Below are positions 28,477 to 38,223 of a stretch of DNA of 64,000 nucleotides, in pieces. How positions within the stretch are numbered: position 1 is the stretch's first letter; every line of letters starts with the position of its first letter. Location of the stretch: the NCBI RefSeq assembly GCF_947581785.1, contig NZ_CANPVO010000036.1, positions 15,490 through 79,489 on the forward strand. The letters run 5' to 3'. The notes beneath the pieces were generated by a model. That model searched no databases, was not told the origin of the DNA, and was given only the letters and a program-made list of their open reading frames with translations. This DNA comes from Candidatus Palauibacter polyketidifaciens. Its GTDB lineage: Bacteria > Gemmatimonadota > Gemmatimonadetes > Palauibacterales > Palauibacteraceae. The translations under genes and the position numbers were made by a program.

Positions 28477-30182
28477 TCCGAACACACGCCTCCGCCGTCG
28501 TAGCGCGGAATGCTCCGGAGCCAATTCTGAAATCCGGCGTTGGGCGGAGAACACAGGCCGGTGAGGATCCAGTTGAACGTGGTGAGTCGCAAATTCACGA
28601 GTTCCTGCGGAAGCGGCCCGCGCAGATCCGCATTGGTAAAAAGGTACAGGTGCCGGAGCGCGGAAAGCCTTCCAAGCTCGGAAGGCACGGACCCGGAGAG
28701 TTCGTTTACCTGAAGTCCGAGAAACTCAACGGACGAAAGGTTGCCCAACTCGGGCGGAATCGGACCCGTAAATGCATTACAGCACAGGGACAACCGGGCC
28801 AGCCTGCCCAGTCTCCCCAGACTGGGCGGGATCGGCCCGGACAGCTGATTCATGTGGAGCTTCAGGTCGCGGAGATTGGAAAGGTCTCCGACTCCCGAAG
28901 GAATGGCGCCGGTGATTCGATTACCGGCGAGCGAGAGAACTTCAAGACCCGAGAGGTTGACCAGACCCGGTGGAATAGTGCCGCTCAGGTCATTCTGCTC
29001 AATGTCGAGAACGGTGAGGCTGCGCAGGCTTGCGAGCTCAGCCGGAATCGGTCCCGTCAAGCTGTTGAAGGCGAGGTTCAGCACCTCGAGATGGCCCAGT
29101 TGGACGAGTTCGGGCGGAATCTGCCCGGTGAGCCGGTTCCGACCCGCGAACAGATCGTTGGAGAGGTCCAGTACTTTCAGCTGGGTGAGACCGGACAGCT
29201 CGACCGGGATCGGGCCCGCGAGCGCATTCACGGCGAGGCTGAGTTCTTCAAGCTCCGTGAACTCCGCCAGATATGCCGGAATGTCACCGGTCAACTGGTT
29301 GTATGACAGGTTGAGACGCCGAAGATTCGTGAGGTGCGCAAACTCCTGCGGCAAGCGGCCCTCAAGCCCGACGCCTGGGAGCTCCAGTCCGGTTACCCGG
29401 CCCTCCGCGTCGGTCGTCACTCCGTGCCATTGGCCGGTCGGCGCGTCCGTCAGCCAGTTGTCGCTCATCGTCCAGCGCGGGCCGCCGGTCGCGTTGTAGA
29501 GCGTCACCAAGGCAAACCTTTCGGACACGTTCACTACGATCCGCGCGGTCGCGTTGAGGCCGGTTCCGGACGCCTGCACGGATATCACTACCGATCCCGG
29601 TGCCACCGCGGTCACCAGGCCAGCGGTGCTTACCGTAGCCACCGACTCGTTATGCGAGAGCCACGAGAAGTCCACGCCGGCGACCGGGTTTTCGTTCGCG
29701 TCCAGAGCCTGTGCGGTCAGTTGAAGCGTTTCCAGCGCGTCAATCGCGGCCTGATCGGGCGACACCGTCAGCGCGGTGACCGTCTGGGAAACAGTGATGG
29801 CCGCGCCTCCAGAGGCGCCGCCGCCCTGGACGGTGGCCGTGACGTTCGTGGCTCCGTTGCCTACCGCCGTAACCAGCCCGGCGGGATCGACCGTCACGAT
29901 TCCGCCGTCGCTGCTCGCCCAGTTCACACCGACGCCGGACATGACCGTGCCGGTCTGATCGCGAACGGTCGCCGTCAGTTGTACGGTCTGTCCCAATGCG
30001 GCCAAGACCGCGGACGAGGGGGTGATGGCGAGTGTGGTGGGTACGGGCGCGCCCGGCGGTGCGGTTCCGGGGTCGCCATCTCCGCACCCCAGAACCAGCA
30101 GCGGAGCGACGAGCAGGACCCGACAACGGCGAGGATGCGGCGCTCGCGGCCCGGGTTGTGTGCGGAGTCGAAAAGGTGCCAT
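28473..30182 (-). CDS. Lipoprotein with two Big_2 (bacterial Ig-like) domains followed by ~10 plant-specific-type leucine-rich repeats.
   Basis: Lipobox LVLGCG. Big_2 regions (LTATVRDQTGTVMSGVGVNWASSDGGIVTVDPAGLVTAVGNGATNVTAT; LTAQALDANENPVAGVDFSWLSHNESVATVS). Then 24-residue LRRs L-x-x-L-x-x-L-x-L-x-x-N-x-L-T/S-G-x-I-P (e.g. LRRLNLSYNQLTGDIPAYLAEF, LEVLNLAFNSLTGPIPAELASL). Confidence 0.8.
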   Translation of the reverse strand: MAPFRLRTQPGPRAPHPRRCRVLLVAPLLVLGCGDGDPGTAPPGAPVPTTLAITPSSAVLAALGQTVQLTATVRDQTGTVMSGVGVNWASSDGGIVTVDPAGLVTAVGNGATNVTATVQGGGASGGAAITVSQTVTALTVSPDQAAIDALETLQLTAQALDANENPVAGVDFSWLSHNESVATVSTAGLVTAVAPGSVVISVQASGTGLNATARIVVNVSERFALVTLYNATGGPRWTMSDNWLTDAPTGQWHGVTTDAEGRVTGLELPGVGLEGRLPQEFAHLTNLRRLNLSYNQLTGDIPAYLAEFTELEELSLAVNALAGPIPVELSGLTQLKVLDLSNDLFAGRNRLTGQIPPELVQLGHLEVLNLAFNSLTGPIPAELASLRSLTVLDIEQNDLSGTIPPGLVNLSGLEVLSLAGNRITGAIPSGVGDLSNLRDLKLHMNQLSGPIPPSLGRLGRLARLSLCCNAFTGPIPPELGNLSSVEFLGLQVNELSGSVPSELGRLSALRHLYLFTNADLRGPLPQELVNLRLTTFNWILTGLCSPPNAGFQNWLRSIPRYDGGGVCSE

Positions 30183-30287
30183 CGCTCATCCAGCCCCGTA
30201 TCGTCGACCACCATGGGCGACGCGCCCCAGGATGCGCCCGCCGGTTCCCGGCCGCAACGAATCCGGACACCCCGGAGGCCCGAGGCG

Positions 30288-31556
30288 TCAGGTGAAGCGC
30301 GCGGGATCGAAGGGCGCGAGATCGATGTCCGAGCGACCGTCGAGCACGAGTTGCGCGAGCGCGTGGCCGGTCGAGGGGGCCAGCGTGACGCCGAGCATCT
30401 GGTGTCCCGTGGCGACGCACACGTTGGGGAGACCGGGCAGCCAGCCAACGGCGGGGAGGCCGTCCGGCGTCACGGGCCGCATGCCCACCCAGTCGACGCG
30501 CTCCGCTCCCTCCAGCGCCCCGGGCAGGTAACGCCGCGCGGCCCGCTCAAGGATCGCTATGCGGCGGCGGTCAAGGCGCAGGTTGACGCCGGAGAACTCC
30601 ATCGTGCCGATCGTGCGCACCGCCCCGCGAAACGGGGTGAAGCCGATTCTCGCGGGAGTCACGTGCAGGGGCTGCGAGAGCCGGACCCGCGCGTTCCTGA
30701 CGGTGATGCTGTAGCCCTTCCCCGCCTCCACGGGAAGCTTCCGCCCGAGCGTCGCCGCAAGGGCAGCGGTCTCGGCCCCGGCGGCAAGCACGAAAGCATC
30801 CGCGCCCACCCTCGCCGGTTCCCCGTTCGCTGCGGCGTCGTTCCCCGCCGTCGACGTGAGCGCCATCTGGACGCGGCCGTGCGCGGGCGTGAAGCCGACG
30901 ACACGCTCTCCGGTCCTGATTTCGACGCCGCGTGCCTCCAGGCTCGCCGCAATCTCGGCGCACAGGGACTCGGGGCGCACATGCGTGTCCCCGCGCACCC
31001 GCAGGCCGATCAGGCTGCCACCGAGATCCGGCTCCGCCTCCGCGAGGGCCTCGCGGTCGAGAACGTCCACCGGCCCCACCCGGTCCTCTCCCAGCCGTGC
31101 CAGCAACTCCTCGGTCTGTCGGAGTTCGCTCTCATCGTCGTAGGCAAGGATGGTCCCGCTCGCCGCGCGCTCGAATGCCATGCCCTCGTTCGCGAGACCG
31201 CGGTAGAGCCGGTTCGTCGCCGCGTTGAGCGCCGCCAGCGCGGCGACCCCCGCCCGGTAGTTCTCGGCGTTGCAGTGACGGCGGAAGGCCCACAGCCAGC
31301 CCATGAGCCTGGGCATGGCCGACGGCTTGATGTAGAGGGGGCTGTCGGAGCGGAGCATCCAGCAGAGCGAGGTCAGCGTCAGCCCGGGGGCCGGGAGGGG
31401 GCGGGAGATCGAGGGACATACCCAACCGCCGTTTCCTCTTGAACACCCGCCGCCGATCTCGTCTCGTTCCACGAGCACGACCTCGGCTCCACGACGCTCG
31501 AGATAGTGCGCGACGCACAACCCGATGACGCCACCGCCGATGACCGCGACTCTCAC
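30288..31556 (-). CDS. FAD-dependent oxidoreductase, D-amino-acid dehydrogenase (DadA)-like.
   Basis: MRVAVIGGGVIGLCVAHYLERRGAEVVLVER (GxGxxG Rossmann motif). 422 aa. GTG start overlaps the sigma-factor stop (GTGA). Confidence 0.8.
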   Translation of the reverse strand: MRVAVIGGGVIGLCVAHYLERRGAEVVLVERDEIGGGCSRGNGGWVCPSISRPLPAPGLTLTSLCWMLRSDSPLYIKPSAMPRLMGWLWAFRRHCNAENYRAGVAALAALNAATNRLYRGLANEGMAFERAASGTILAYDDESELRQTEELLARLGEDRVGPVDVLDREALAEAEPDLGGSLIGLRVRGDTHVRPESLCAEIAASLEARGVEIRTGERVVGFTPAHGRVQMALTSTAGNDAAANGEPARVGADAFVLAAGAETAALAATLGRKLPVEAGKGYSITVRNARVRLSQPLHVTPARIGFTPFRGAVRTIGTMEFSGVNLRLDRRRIAILERAARRYLPGALEGAERVDWVGMRPVTPDGLPAVGWLPGLPNVCVATGHQMLGVTLAPSTGHALAQLVLDGRSDIDLAPFDPARFT

Positions 31557-32158
31557 CCGGCGGCTCTCCCGCGGGCAGCGTTTCCGTCGCGGCCCGCTTC
31601 GCGGGGCCGCATGTCGATCACCCCGCCCCGCCGGTCCATCTCGAAGTCGCAGCAGTCCATGAGCTGTCGCCTAAGCATCGCTCGCGCCCGCTGCACCCGC
31701 GATTTCATGCCGGAGACGCTCAGTCCCAGCCGCTGCGCCGCCTCGACCTGGCTCAATCCCCGGAAGTACGTCAGCAGCAGCGCCTCGGCGTACTTCGGCG
31801 GCAGGTCGAGCGCGAACGGCAGCAGACAGGCCTCCAGATCCCGGCGCAGCGCTTCATGGTCGCTGCCGTTCAGGCCCGGATCCGGCGCCTGGGCTTCGGC
31901 ACCCAGCTGCTCCAGGGTCCGCCGTTCGACAGACCGGCGCCGGTGATGGTCGGCGATCACGTTGGCCGCGACCCGGTAGGTCCACGCGAGCGGATCCCGC
32001 GCCTCGGCGAGACTGTCCTGACGTTGCAGCAGCCGCAGGAAGATGTCGCCGGTCACGTCATCGGCCCACGCCGATTCGACGCGCCCGCTCACGTAGCGCC
32101 GCATGCGTCGTTGAAACTCGGACCATGCCGGCATGGCCCGCGCCGAGCGATCAGGCAC
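31553..32158 (-). CDS. ECF (sigma-70 family) RNA polymerase sigma factor with a short Cys-containing C-terminal extension.
   Basis: Region 2 (DDVTGDIFLRLLQ...AWTYRVAANVIADHHRRR). Region 4 HTH (LPPKYAEALLLTYFRGLSQVEAAQRLGLSVSGMKSRVQRARAMLRRQL). Tail MDCCDFEMDRRGGVIDM. Confidence 0.8.
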   Translation of the reverse strand: MPDRSARAMPAWSEFQRRMRRYVSGRVESAWADDVTGDIFLRLLQRQDSLAEARDPLAWTYRVAANVIADHHRRRSVERRTLEQLGAEAQAPDPGLNGSDHEALRRDLEACLLPFALDLPPKYAEALLLTYFRGLSQVEAAQRLGLSVSGMKSRVQRARAMLRRQLMDCCDFEMDRRGGVIDMRPREAGRDGNAARGRAAG

Positions 32159-32597
32159 AGCAGGTCTCGGACTCGTCGAGACACGCGGCCGCCGACGGCG
32201 CGGTCGCGGACGGTGCGATCAGCTTCTCGCCGTCCGGCGTATCGTCGGTGACGCGGTACCACTCCCAACGCAGACCCTGCGGCTCGTCGGACCAGACCTT
32301 CGTCTGGGTCGCGTGACAGCACACCGTCTCTTCTTCCACCTCGCTGAGGATTCCGGCGGCCTCCAGCCGGTGGCCGGCCTCGCGGACCCGCGCGTCGTCG
32401 AACACTTCCACGCCCAGGTGGTTCACGCGTTCCGCCGCGTCCGGGTTCTCGAACAGCACGAGTTTCAGAGGCGGCTCGTCGATGGCGAAGTTGGCGTAGC
32501 CCGCGCGGCGCTTGTGGGGCGCCGCGTTGAAGAGCTTGCGGTAGTAGTCCACCGCTTCGTCGATGTCCCTCACGTTCAGGGCAAGTTGTAGTCGCAT
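32151..32597 (-). CDS. ArsI/CadI-family VOC (glyoxalase-fold) heavy-metal/organoarsenical resistance metalloenzyme.
   Basis: LQLALNVRDIDEAVDYYRKLF...GYANFAIDEPPLKLVLFENP...NHLGVEVFD...TVCCHATQTKVWSDEPQG: a vicinal Cys pair as in ArsI/CadI. Cys-rich C-terminus ACLDESETCCA. Confidence 0.8.
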   Translation of the reverse strand: MRLQLALNVRDIDEAVDYYRKLFNAAPHKRRAGYANFAIDEPPLKLVLFENPDAAERVNHLGVEVFDDARVREAGHRLEAAGILSEVEEETVCCHATQTKVWSDEPQGLRWEWYRVTDDTPDGEKLIAPSATAPSAAACLDESETCCA

Positions 32598-32840
32598 GGA
32601 TCCTTCTCTCCGGTTTCGTGGCTCGTCGTTCCTCCACTTCTTCTTCTCATCCTGTTAGACGAACGAGACGGCGAAAGGACGCAACGAGTCGAAGTCTCGC
32701 CTCAACCGGCCGCCGCCGCCAGCCGCTATCGCCGGCCCCAGCACCGTTGCCTGCACGGACCCCGGCGGCCCACGTTTCGTGCCCAGTCGAGACCGTTCGC
32801 CGCAACGGTCCCTCGTGTGAATCCGCGACCAGGAAGAAGC

Positions 32841-34145
32841 ATGCGTACTCGACGAACTCCGTTTGCCCTCGCATGGCTCGCCGGAACGCTCGTCACGCCG
32901 CTGGCGGGGCAGGATCCCGCCGTGGATGCCGCGGTAGACCGCGTGATCGACCGGATCGTCGACATGCGCCATCGGATCCACCAGTTCCCCGAACTCGGCA
33001 ACCGCGAGTTCGAGACCGCCGCGATGGTGGCGGCGCACCTTCGGGAACTGGGGTTCGACGAAGTCACCGAGGGCGTCGCGCACACCGGCGTGATCGGGAT
33101 CCTCAAGGGCGGATTGCCCGGCGATGTCGTCGCCGTGCGGGCGGACATGGACGCGCTCCCCGTCACCGAGAACACGGGGTATTCCTTCGCCTCCACGGTC
33201 CGCACCGAGTACGGCGGACAGGAAGTCGGCGTGTCGCACGCGTGCGGCCACGACGTGCACACCGCCGTGCAACTCGGCGTGGCCTCGGTCCTCGCCGCGA
33301 TGCGCGACCAGATCCCGGGCACGATCAAGTTCATCTTCCAGCCGGCGGAGGAAGGACCGCCTCCGGGCGAGGAGGGCGGCGCGGATCTCATGGTTCGCGA
33401 AGGCGCGCTGGAAGGCGTCGTGCCCTCCGCCATCTTCGGACTCCACACCTTCTCCTCGATGGACGTCGGGACGCTCGGCTACACGCCCGGCCCCGCCTTC
33501 GCGGCGGTCGACCACTTCAAGATCCGGATCATCGGGCAACAGGCGCACGGCGCGCAGCCGCACAGCGGCATCGACCCGGTCGTGATGGCGTCGCAGGCGG
33601 TGACGGCCTTCCAGACCATCCGCTCGCGGAACCTGTCGCCCCTCGAACCCAGCGTGATCACGGTCGGCGTGATGAGGGGCGGCGAGCGCTTCAACATCAT
33701 CCCGCAGGAGATGTGGCTCGAAGGCACGGTCCGCACGTACAACCCCGATGTCCGGGACGCGGTCGAACGGCGGATGGATGAGATCCTCGAGGGCATCACC
33801 CGCGCGGGCGGCGGGAGCTACGTGCTCGACTACGACCGCGGCACGCCGGCCACGATCAACGACCGCGGTCTCACCGCCGAGATGGCGCCGACGCTGGCGA
33901 AGATCGTGGGCGAGGCGAACGTGCACGTCATCGATCCCACGATGGGCGGCGAGGACTTCGCCTACTTCGCGAACGAGGTGCCGGGCTTCTACTACCGGCT
34001 CGGCTCGGTGAACCCCGAACTCGGCTCGGGCGGCCACCACACGCCGGACTTCCGCGCCGACGACGCCTCGATTTCAATCGGGATGCGCGCGATGTCGAAC
34101 CTGCTCCTCGACTACCTGAAGTCGCGACGCCCGTCCACCGACTGA
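32841..34145 (+). CDS. M20D-family amidohydrolase (N-acyl-L-amino-acid amidohydrolase / hippurate hydrolase-like), secreted.
   Basis: RBS AGGAAGAAG then ATG. Signal MRTRRTPFALAWLAGTLVTPLAGQ. SHACGHDVHT, FIFQPAEEG, GGEDFAYF. Confidence 0.85.
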   Translation: MRTRRTPFALAWLAGTLVTPLAGQDPAVDAAVDRVIDRIVDMRHRIHQFPELGNREFETAAMVAAHLRELGFDEVTEGVAHTGVIGILKGGLPGDVVAVRADMDALPVTENTGYSFASTVRTEYGGQEVGVSHACGHDVHTAVQLGVASVLAAMRDQIPGTIKFIFQPAEEGPPPGEEGGADLMVREGALEGVVPSAIFGLHTFSSMDVGTLGYTPGPAFAAVDHFKIRIIGQQAHGAQPHSGIDPVVMASQAVTAFQTIRSRNLSPLEPSVITVGVMRGGERFNIIPQEMWLEGTVRTYNPDVRDAVERRMDEILEGITRAGGGSYVLDYDRGTPATINDRGLTAEMAPTLAKIVGEANVHVIDPTMGGEDFAYFANEVPGFYYRLGSVNPELGSGGHHTPDFRADDASISIGMRAMSNLLLDYLKSRRPSTD

Positions 34146-34153
34146 CCGTCGGA

Positions 34154-34170
34154 GCCGCGGGAGCCGCGGC
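34154..34170. terminator. GC hairpin between convergent genes; possible bidirectional terminator.
   Basis: GCCGCGG-GAG-CCGCGGC (7-bp perfect stem) located 9 bp after the M20 stop and 7 bp before the stop of the minus-strand gene. No T-tract, as expected at this GC. Confidence 0.3.
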
Positions 34171-34176
34171 CAGGGG

Positions 34177-35904
34177 CTACGGCTCTACGAACACGTCGCG
34201 CCACGCGAGGCGCGTCGCAAGTTCGAGTTCCACGCCCTCGTCCACGCCCCGCGGCCGCAGGAGGACCGGTTCGCCGAGAGGGACGCCGCAGATCGCGAAT
34301 CGGCCTCGCTCGTCGGACGCCCCGCCGGCGTATTCCGACTGCTCGGACACCGAGGCGGTCCGCGCCGCGCCCTGAAGCCGGCGCACCCGCCACACGACCT
34401 CGATCTCGATATCCGGCACCGGGAGCCCGGTGTCCGCATCGCGTGCGATCCCGACCACGGCACCCGTACTCCCCCGGGGCGACGAACGGGGACAGATGCG
34501 CGCGAAGAGGGCGTCGGCGGACGGCGTCCACAGCTCGAGGGGCTCGCTGACCCGGTCGTCGACCACGACGCGGATCTCGTTCATCCGCACGCCGGCGGCA
34601 CGCAGTCTCGGATGGTCCACGCCCAGCGCGTATGCGCCGTCCGGGAGCCCGCCCACCTGGAACCGGCCGGCGTGATCGGTGACGGCGCTGAACGGGGCGT
34701 CGGCCGCATTGGGCCGGGGCACGAACGCTGCCGCGTCATCCCAGTCCCGAAGCACGACGTCCGCGCCGCCGAGCGGCTCGCCGCTCGCGCTGTCTCCGAG
34801 GACGCCCGCCACGACGCCTTCTCCCACCTCGAACGAGACGCCTCCGACGAACGCGTCGGACACCGTTCCGCCGGTCTGCCGGTACGCCACGAGCACGGCC
34901 CGCCGACGAGTCGAGAGGCCCGCGGTCCCGATGCGCCGGGAGTAGCCCCCGACCGGGAAGCGCAGCCACCAGTCGCGGACGTAGAAGGGGCCTTCCGGCA
35001 GACGGTCGAAAGTGAGGTCCGCGCCGACGAGTTGACGCCGCGCACCCTGCGGCAGGGGGACGTTGCGGTACCGGATCTGCACGCGACGGAGTTCCGCGCT
35101 CTCCTCGTCGAGCCAGAGCGTACCCTCGATATCGATGACGTCCCGATCATCCCTCGGGCGAAACGTGACGCCGAGCATCGGTTCGTCATCCACCTCATCG
35201 CGGCGGAGCCCGAAGCAGTGCGTGTTCCTGAACTCCCGGGACAGCAGCACGTTCGCGTCCGGCGCGTAGAAGACCGAGGAATCCGGGTCCACGAGCGCGT
35301 AGCCCGACGTCGTCAGCCGGCGCGCCGGCAGGCTCCGAAACGGCGGCAGACGCACATGTCGGCGGACGCGGCTCTCGGACTCCAGCGTCGAGAGATATTC
35401 GGGATCCAGCGTGCGCTCGTATTCCGTGACCGTGAACGTCACCTCGCCCCGGTCTTCGGCCCACACCGCAGTCTCGAGCGCCTTGCGAGCCTCTTCCCAG
35501 ACGGTGGCGAGCGCCGCTCCCTCGCTCGGATCGTCGAGGCAGGCCGCGGTGACTTCGACGCGGAGGTCCACGAGCCGCACCGGTCGCGGCGGGACTTCGA
35601 CAGTGACCGTCAGCGTCTGCCCCGCCGTCACTTCGTAGGCCTCGGTGACCCAGTTCGCGTATCCGATGCGCTGCACGCGGATGCGGTACTGCCCAGGGCC
35701 GGGCGCCGTCAGCGAAAAGAGGCCGTCCGCAGCCGTGAAATCGGCCTGCCCGGCCTCGCCGGCCGCGTCCAGAAGGCTGACGAAACCGCCCGAAATGAGC
35801 GGTCCGCCCTCGGCTTCGCGTACCGTGCCGTTGATCCGCTGGGCGGCAGCGGGCGAAGCGACCGCCGGGGCGATGATGGCCATCGCGAGCAGTAGCAGCC
35901 TCAT
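34177..35904 (-). CDS. Secreted protein with two carboxypeptidase-regulatory-like (CarbopepD_reg) beta-sandwich domains.
   Basis: Signal MRLLLLAMAIIAPAVASPAAAQ. RINGTVREAEGGPLISGGFVSLLDAAG...YRIRVQRIGY, and a second copy GVVAGVLGDSASGEPLGGADVVL...GAYALGVDHP. Confidence 0.6.
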   Translation of the reverse strand: MRLLLLAMAIIAPAVASPAAAQRINGTVREAEGGPLISGGFVSLLDAAGEAGQADFTAADGLFSLTAPGPGQYRIRVQRIGYANWVTEAYEVTAGQTLTVTVEVPPRPVRLVDLRVEVTAACLDDPSEGAALATVWEEARKALETAVWAEDRGEVTFTVTEYERTLDPEYLSTLESESRVRRHVRLPPFRSLPARRLTTSGYALVDPDSSVFYAPDANVLLSREFRNTHCFGLRRDEVDDEPMLGVTFRPRDDRDVIDIEGTLWLDEESAELRRVQIRYRNVPLPQGARRQLVGADLTFDRLPEGPFYVRDWWLRFPVGGYSRRIGTAGLSTRRRAVLVAYRQTGGTVSDAFVGGVSFEVGEGVVAGVLGDSASGEPLGGADVVLRDWDDAAAFVPRPNAADAPFSAVTDHAGRFQVGGLPDGAYALGVDHPRLRAAGVRMNEIRVVVDDRVSEPLELWTPSADALFARICPRSSPRGSTGAVVGIARDADTGLPVPDIEIEVVWRVRRLQGAARTASVSEQSEYAGGASDERGRFAICGVPLGEPVLLRPRGVDEGVELELATRLAWRDVFVEP

Positions 35905-35962
35905 GCCAAAATGTCGCGAGGCGCCGCCATCGGCGCCAATCCGGACCGCCGGAGGCCGGCGG

Positions 35963-37978
35963 TCAATCGGCGAGGCGCAGCGCGATCAGCGTGTTCGGCG
36001 CCTGGATGACGACGTGCTGACGTCCCTCGTGCATGTACGTCATCATCCCGTACCGCGGCAGCGCCGGCAGCTCCACCTGTCCGAGCCGCTCGCCCGTCGC
36101 CTTGTCCACGGCGAAGAGGTAGGAGGTCCCGTCACTTCCCTCCCCCGTGTACATGAGCAGGGTGCTCGTGACGATCTGCGCGGCTTGCCGTCCCGTGCCC
36201 GTGTTCGGGATGTCCATGCCCTGGAGCGCGTCATGCTCGAGCACGCTGTTCGGCGTGTCTCCCACCGGAATCCACCACAGGTGCTCGCCCGTGTTCATGT
36301 CGATCGCCGTGATCCGGCTGTACGGGGGCTTGAAGAGCGGCAGCCCCTGCACCCGCCGAACCCCCGCGAACCCGCCGACCGCGAACTTCGTGATCGTCGT
36401 CCCCGTCTGCGCGGGCTCCCGGGCGTCACGCTCCTCGCCCGGCACCATGATCCGCGACCCGCACCCCTTCTGCGACGTCACGTAGAGGATGCCCGTCTCC
36501 GGATCCGCCGCCGGCGTCCCGTCGATGTTCGTGCCGCCCACGTCTCCCGGACACCACATCGACGCCATCTTGCCGAGATCGTTGTCCCGGTGCAGCGGCG
36601 GCGTGAACAGCGGCCCGATCACATAGTCGTCGAGCGCCTCGATCGCGGCTTCCCGCAGTTCCGGCGTGAAGTCGATCAGGTCGTCGTGCGTCAGCCCCTG
36701 CATGTCGTACGGCGCCGGCCAGGTCGGGAACGGCTGCGTCGGCGAGAGCGCCTCGCCCGGCATGAGACCCTCCGGCACCGGCCGCTCCTCGATGGGCCAG
36801 ATCGGCTCGCCCGTCTCCCGGTTGAACGTGTACGCGAAGGCCTGCTTCGTGACCTGCACGACCGCTGGGATGTCCTTGCCATCGACGGTCACGTCCATCA
36901 GCACGGGGATCTGCGGCGTGTCGTAATTCCATATGTCGTGGTGCACGAGCTGATAGTGCCAAACCCGTTCTCCCGTCTGCACATCGAGCGCGATCAAGCT
37001 TGTGGAGAACAGGTTGTCTCCCGGCCGGAAGCCCCCCCAGAAGTCCATCGTGGCCCCGTTGGTAGGGATGTAGACGATGCCCCGCTCCTCGTCCGCCGAG
37101 AGCGGCGCCCACGACGAGATGTCGCCCGTCCATTCCCAGGCGTCGTTTTCCCAGGTCTCGTGTCCGAACTCGCCCGGGCCGGGGAGGACGTTGAACTTCC
37201 ACATGAAGTCGCCCGTGCGGGCGTCGTAGCCGAGGATGTCGCCCGGCACGTTCTCGCGCCGTGACTGGTTGTAGCCCTGCTCGGCGGAGTTCCCGACCAC
37301 GATCACGCCGTTGACGACGATCGGGGGGGACGAACTCGTGATGTAGCCGGTCTCGAGCGGGATGCCGTGGTACGGGTCGAACTCGTGCCCCAGCCCCGCG
37401 AGCAGGTCGACGACCCCCGACTCGGGGAAGCCCGGGACGCTGACGGGCCCGCCGAAGCCCTCCACATGCTCGCCCGTGTCGGCCCACAGCGCGTGCAGGA
37501 AGAAGGCCGGACTCACCATGTAGACGACCGCGCGACCGTCGATCTCCCCGTACGCGACGCCCTTCCCGTGGTTCTTCCGCATCGAGTATTCCCAGCGGAA
37601 GGTTTCGGGCTCGACGTACTCCCAGATCTTCTCCCCGGTGCCCGCGTCGATCGCGTACGTGTGCCGCTTCTCGCCCGCCACGGAGATCAGCATCCCGTCG
37701 ACGTAGATCGGCGTGGCGCGCGCGTTAACGGCCGGGTAGTCCGACCCGTCCCAGACCCACGCGATCTCGAGATCCCCGAAGTTCTCCGCGTCGATCTGGT
37801 CGAGGGACGAGTAGCGCTGGCCCATGTCGTTGCCCGCGATGTTCCTCCACTCGGCGCCGTCGGCCGCGCCCCCGCCACCTTCGGCGCAGCCCGCGGCGGC
37901 GACGCCGAACGCGAGCAGGACGGAGATGCGGCGCCACATGGATGGCGGCGCATGGGATGTAGAGCGCACTCTGCTCAT
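35963..37978 (-). CDS. PQQ-dependent dehydrogenase (8-bladed propeller, methanol/ethanol/glucose dehydrogenase family) lipoprotein.
   Basis: ATG at 37978 (alternative at 37939 giving MWRRISVLLAFGVAAAGC lipobox). AWVWDGSDYPAVNARATPIYVDGMLISVAGEKRHTYAIDAGTGEKIWEY, with W-rich PQQ repeats throughout. 671 aa. Confidence 0.8.
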   Translation of the reverse strand: MSRVRSTSHAPPSMWRRISVLLAFGVAAAGCAEGGGGAADGAEWRNIAGNDMGQRYSSLDQIDAENFGDLEIAWVWDGSDYPAVNARATPIYVDGMLISVAGEKRHTYAIDAGTGEKIWEYVEPETFRWEYSMRKNHGKGVAYGEIDGRAVVYMVSPAFFLHALWADTGEHVEGFGGPVSVPGFPESGVVDLLAGLGHEFDPYHGIPLETGYITSSSPPIVVNGVIVVGNSAEQGYNQSRRENVPGDILGYDARTGDFMWKFNVLPGPGEFGHETWENDAWEWTGDISSWAPLSADEERGIVYIPTNGATMDFWGGFRPGDNLFSTSLIALDVQTGERVWHYQLVHHDIWNYDTPQIPVLMDVTVDGKDIPAVVQVTKQAFAYTFNRETGEPIWPIEERPVPEGLMPGEALSPTQPFPTWPAPYDMQGLTHDDLIDFTPELREAAIEALDDYVIGPLFTPPLHRDNDLGKMASMWCPGDVGGTNIDGTPAADPETGILYVTSQKGCGSRIMVPGEERDAREPAQTGTTITKFAVGGFAGVRRVQGLPLFKPPYSRITAIDMNTGEHLWWIPVGDTPNSVLEHDALQGMDIPNTGTGRQAAQIVTSTLLMYTGEGSDGTSYLFAVDKATGERLGQVELPALPRYGMMTYMHEGRQHVVIQAPNTLIALRLAD

Positions 37979-38223
37979 CGAGACCTCTTGAACGGGGGAG
38001 ATGATCGACGCGGCCGCCGACGGGCGGCGGCTGGCGGGCGCTGAACATGAGCCGCCCCCAATTCGGTGGTCAAGCTCCGATCCCCTCCTGCGACGCTGCG
38101 GCCGCACGGAGATTCCTGCGTTGGAGCCGCCCGCCTTGCGGGCAAAGGCAAGCCCTCCCCGAGAAATCGATCCGGGGAGGGCTTGCGGGACTGCTGCGAA
38201 CGACCGAGCCCGGCTAGCCGTCG

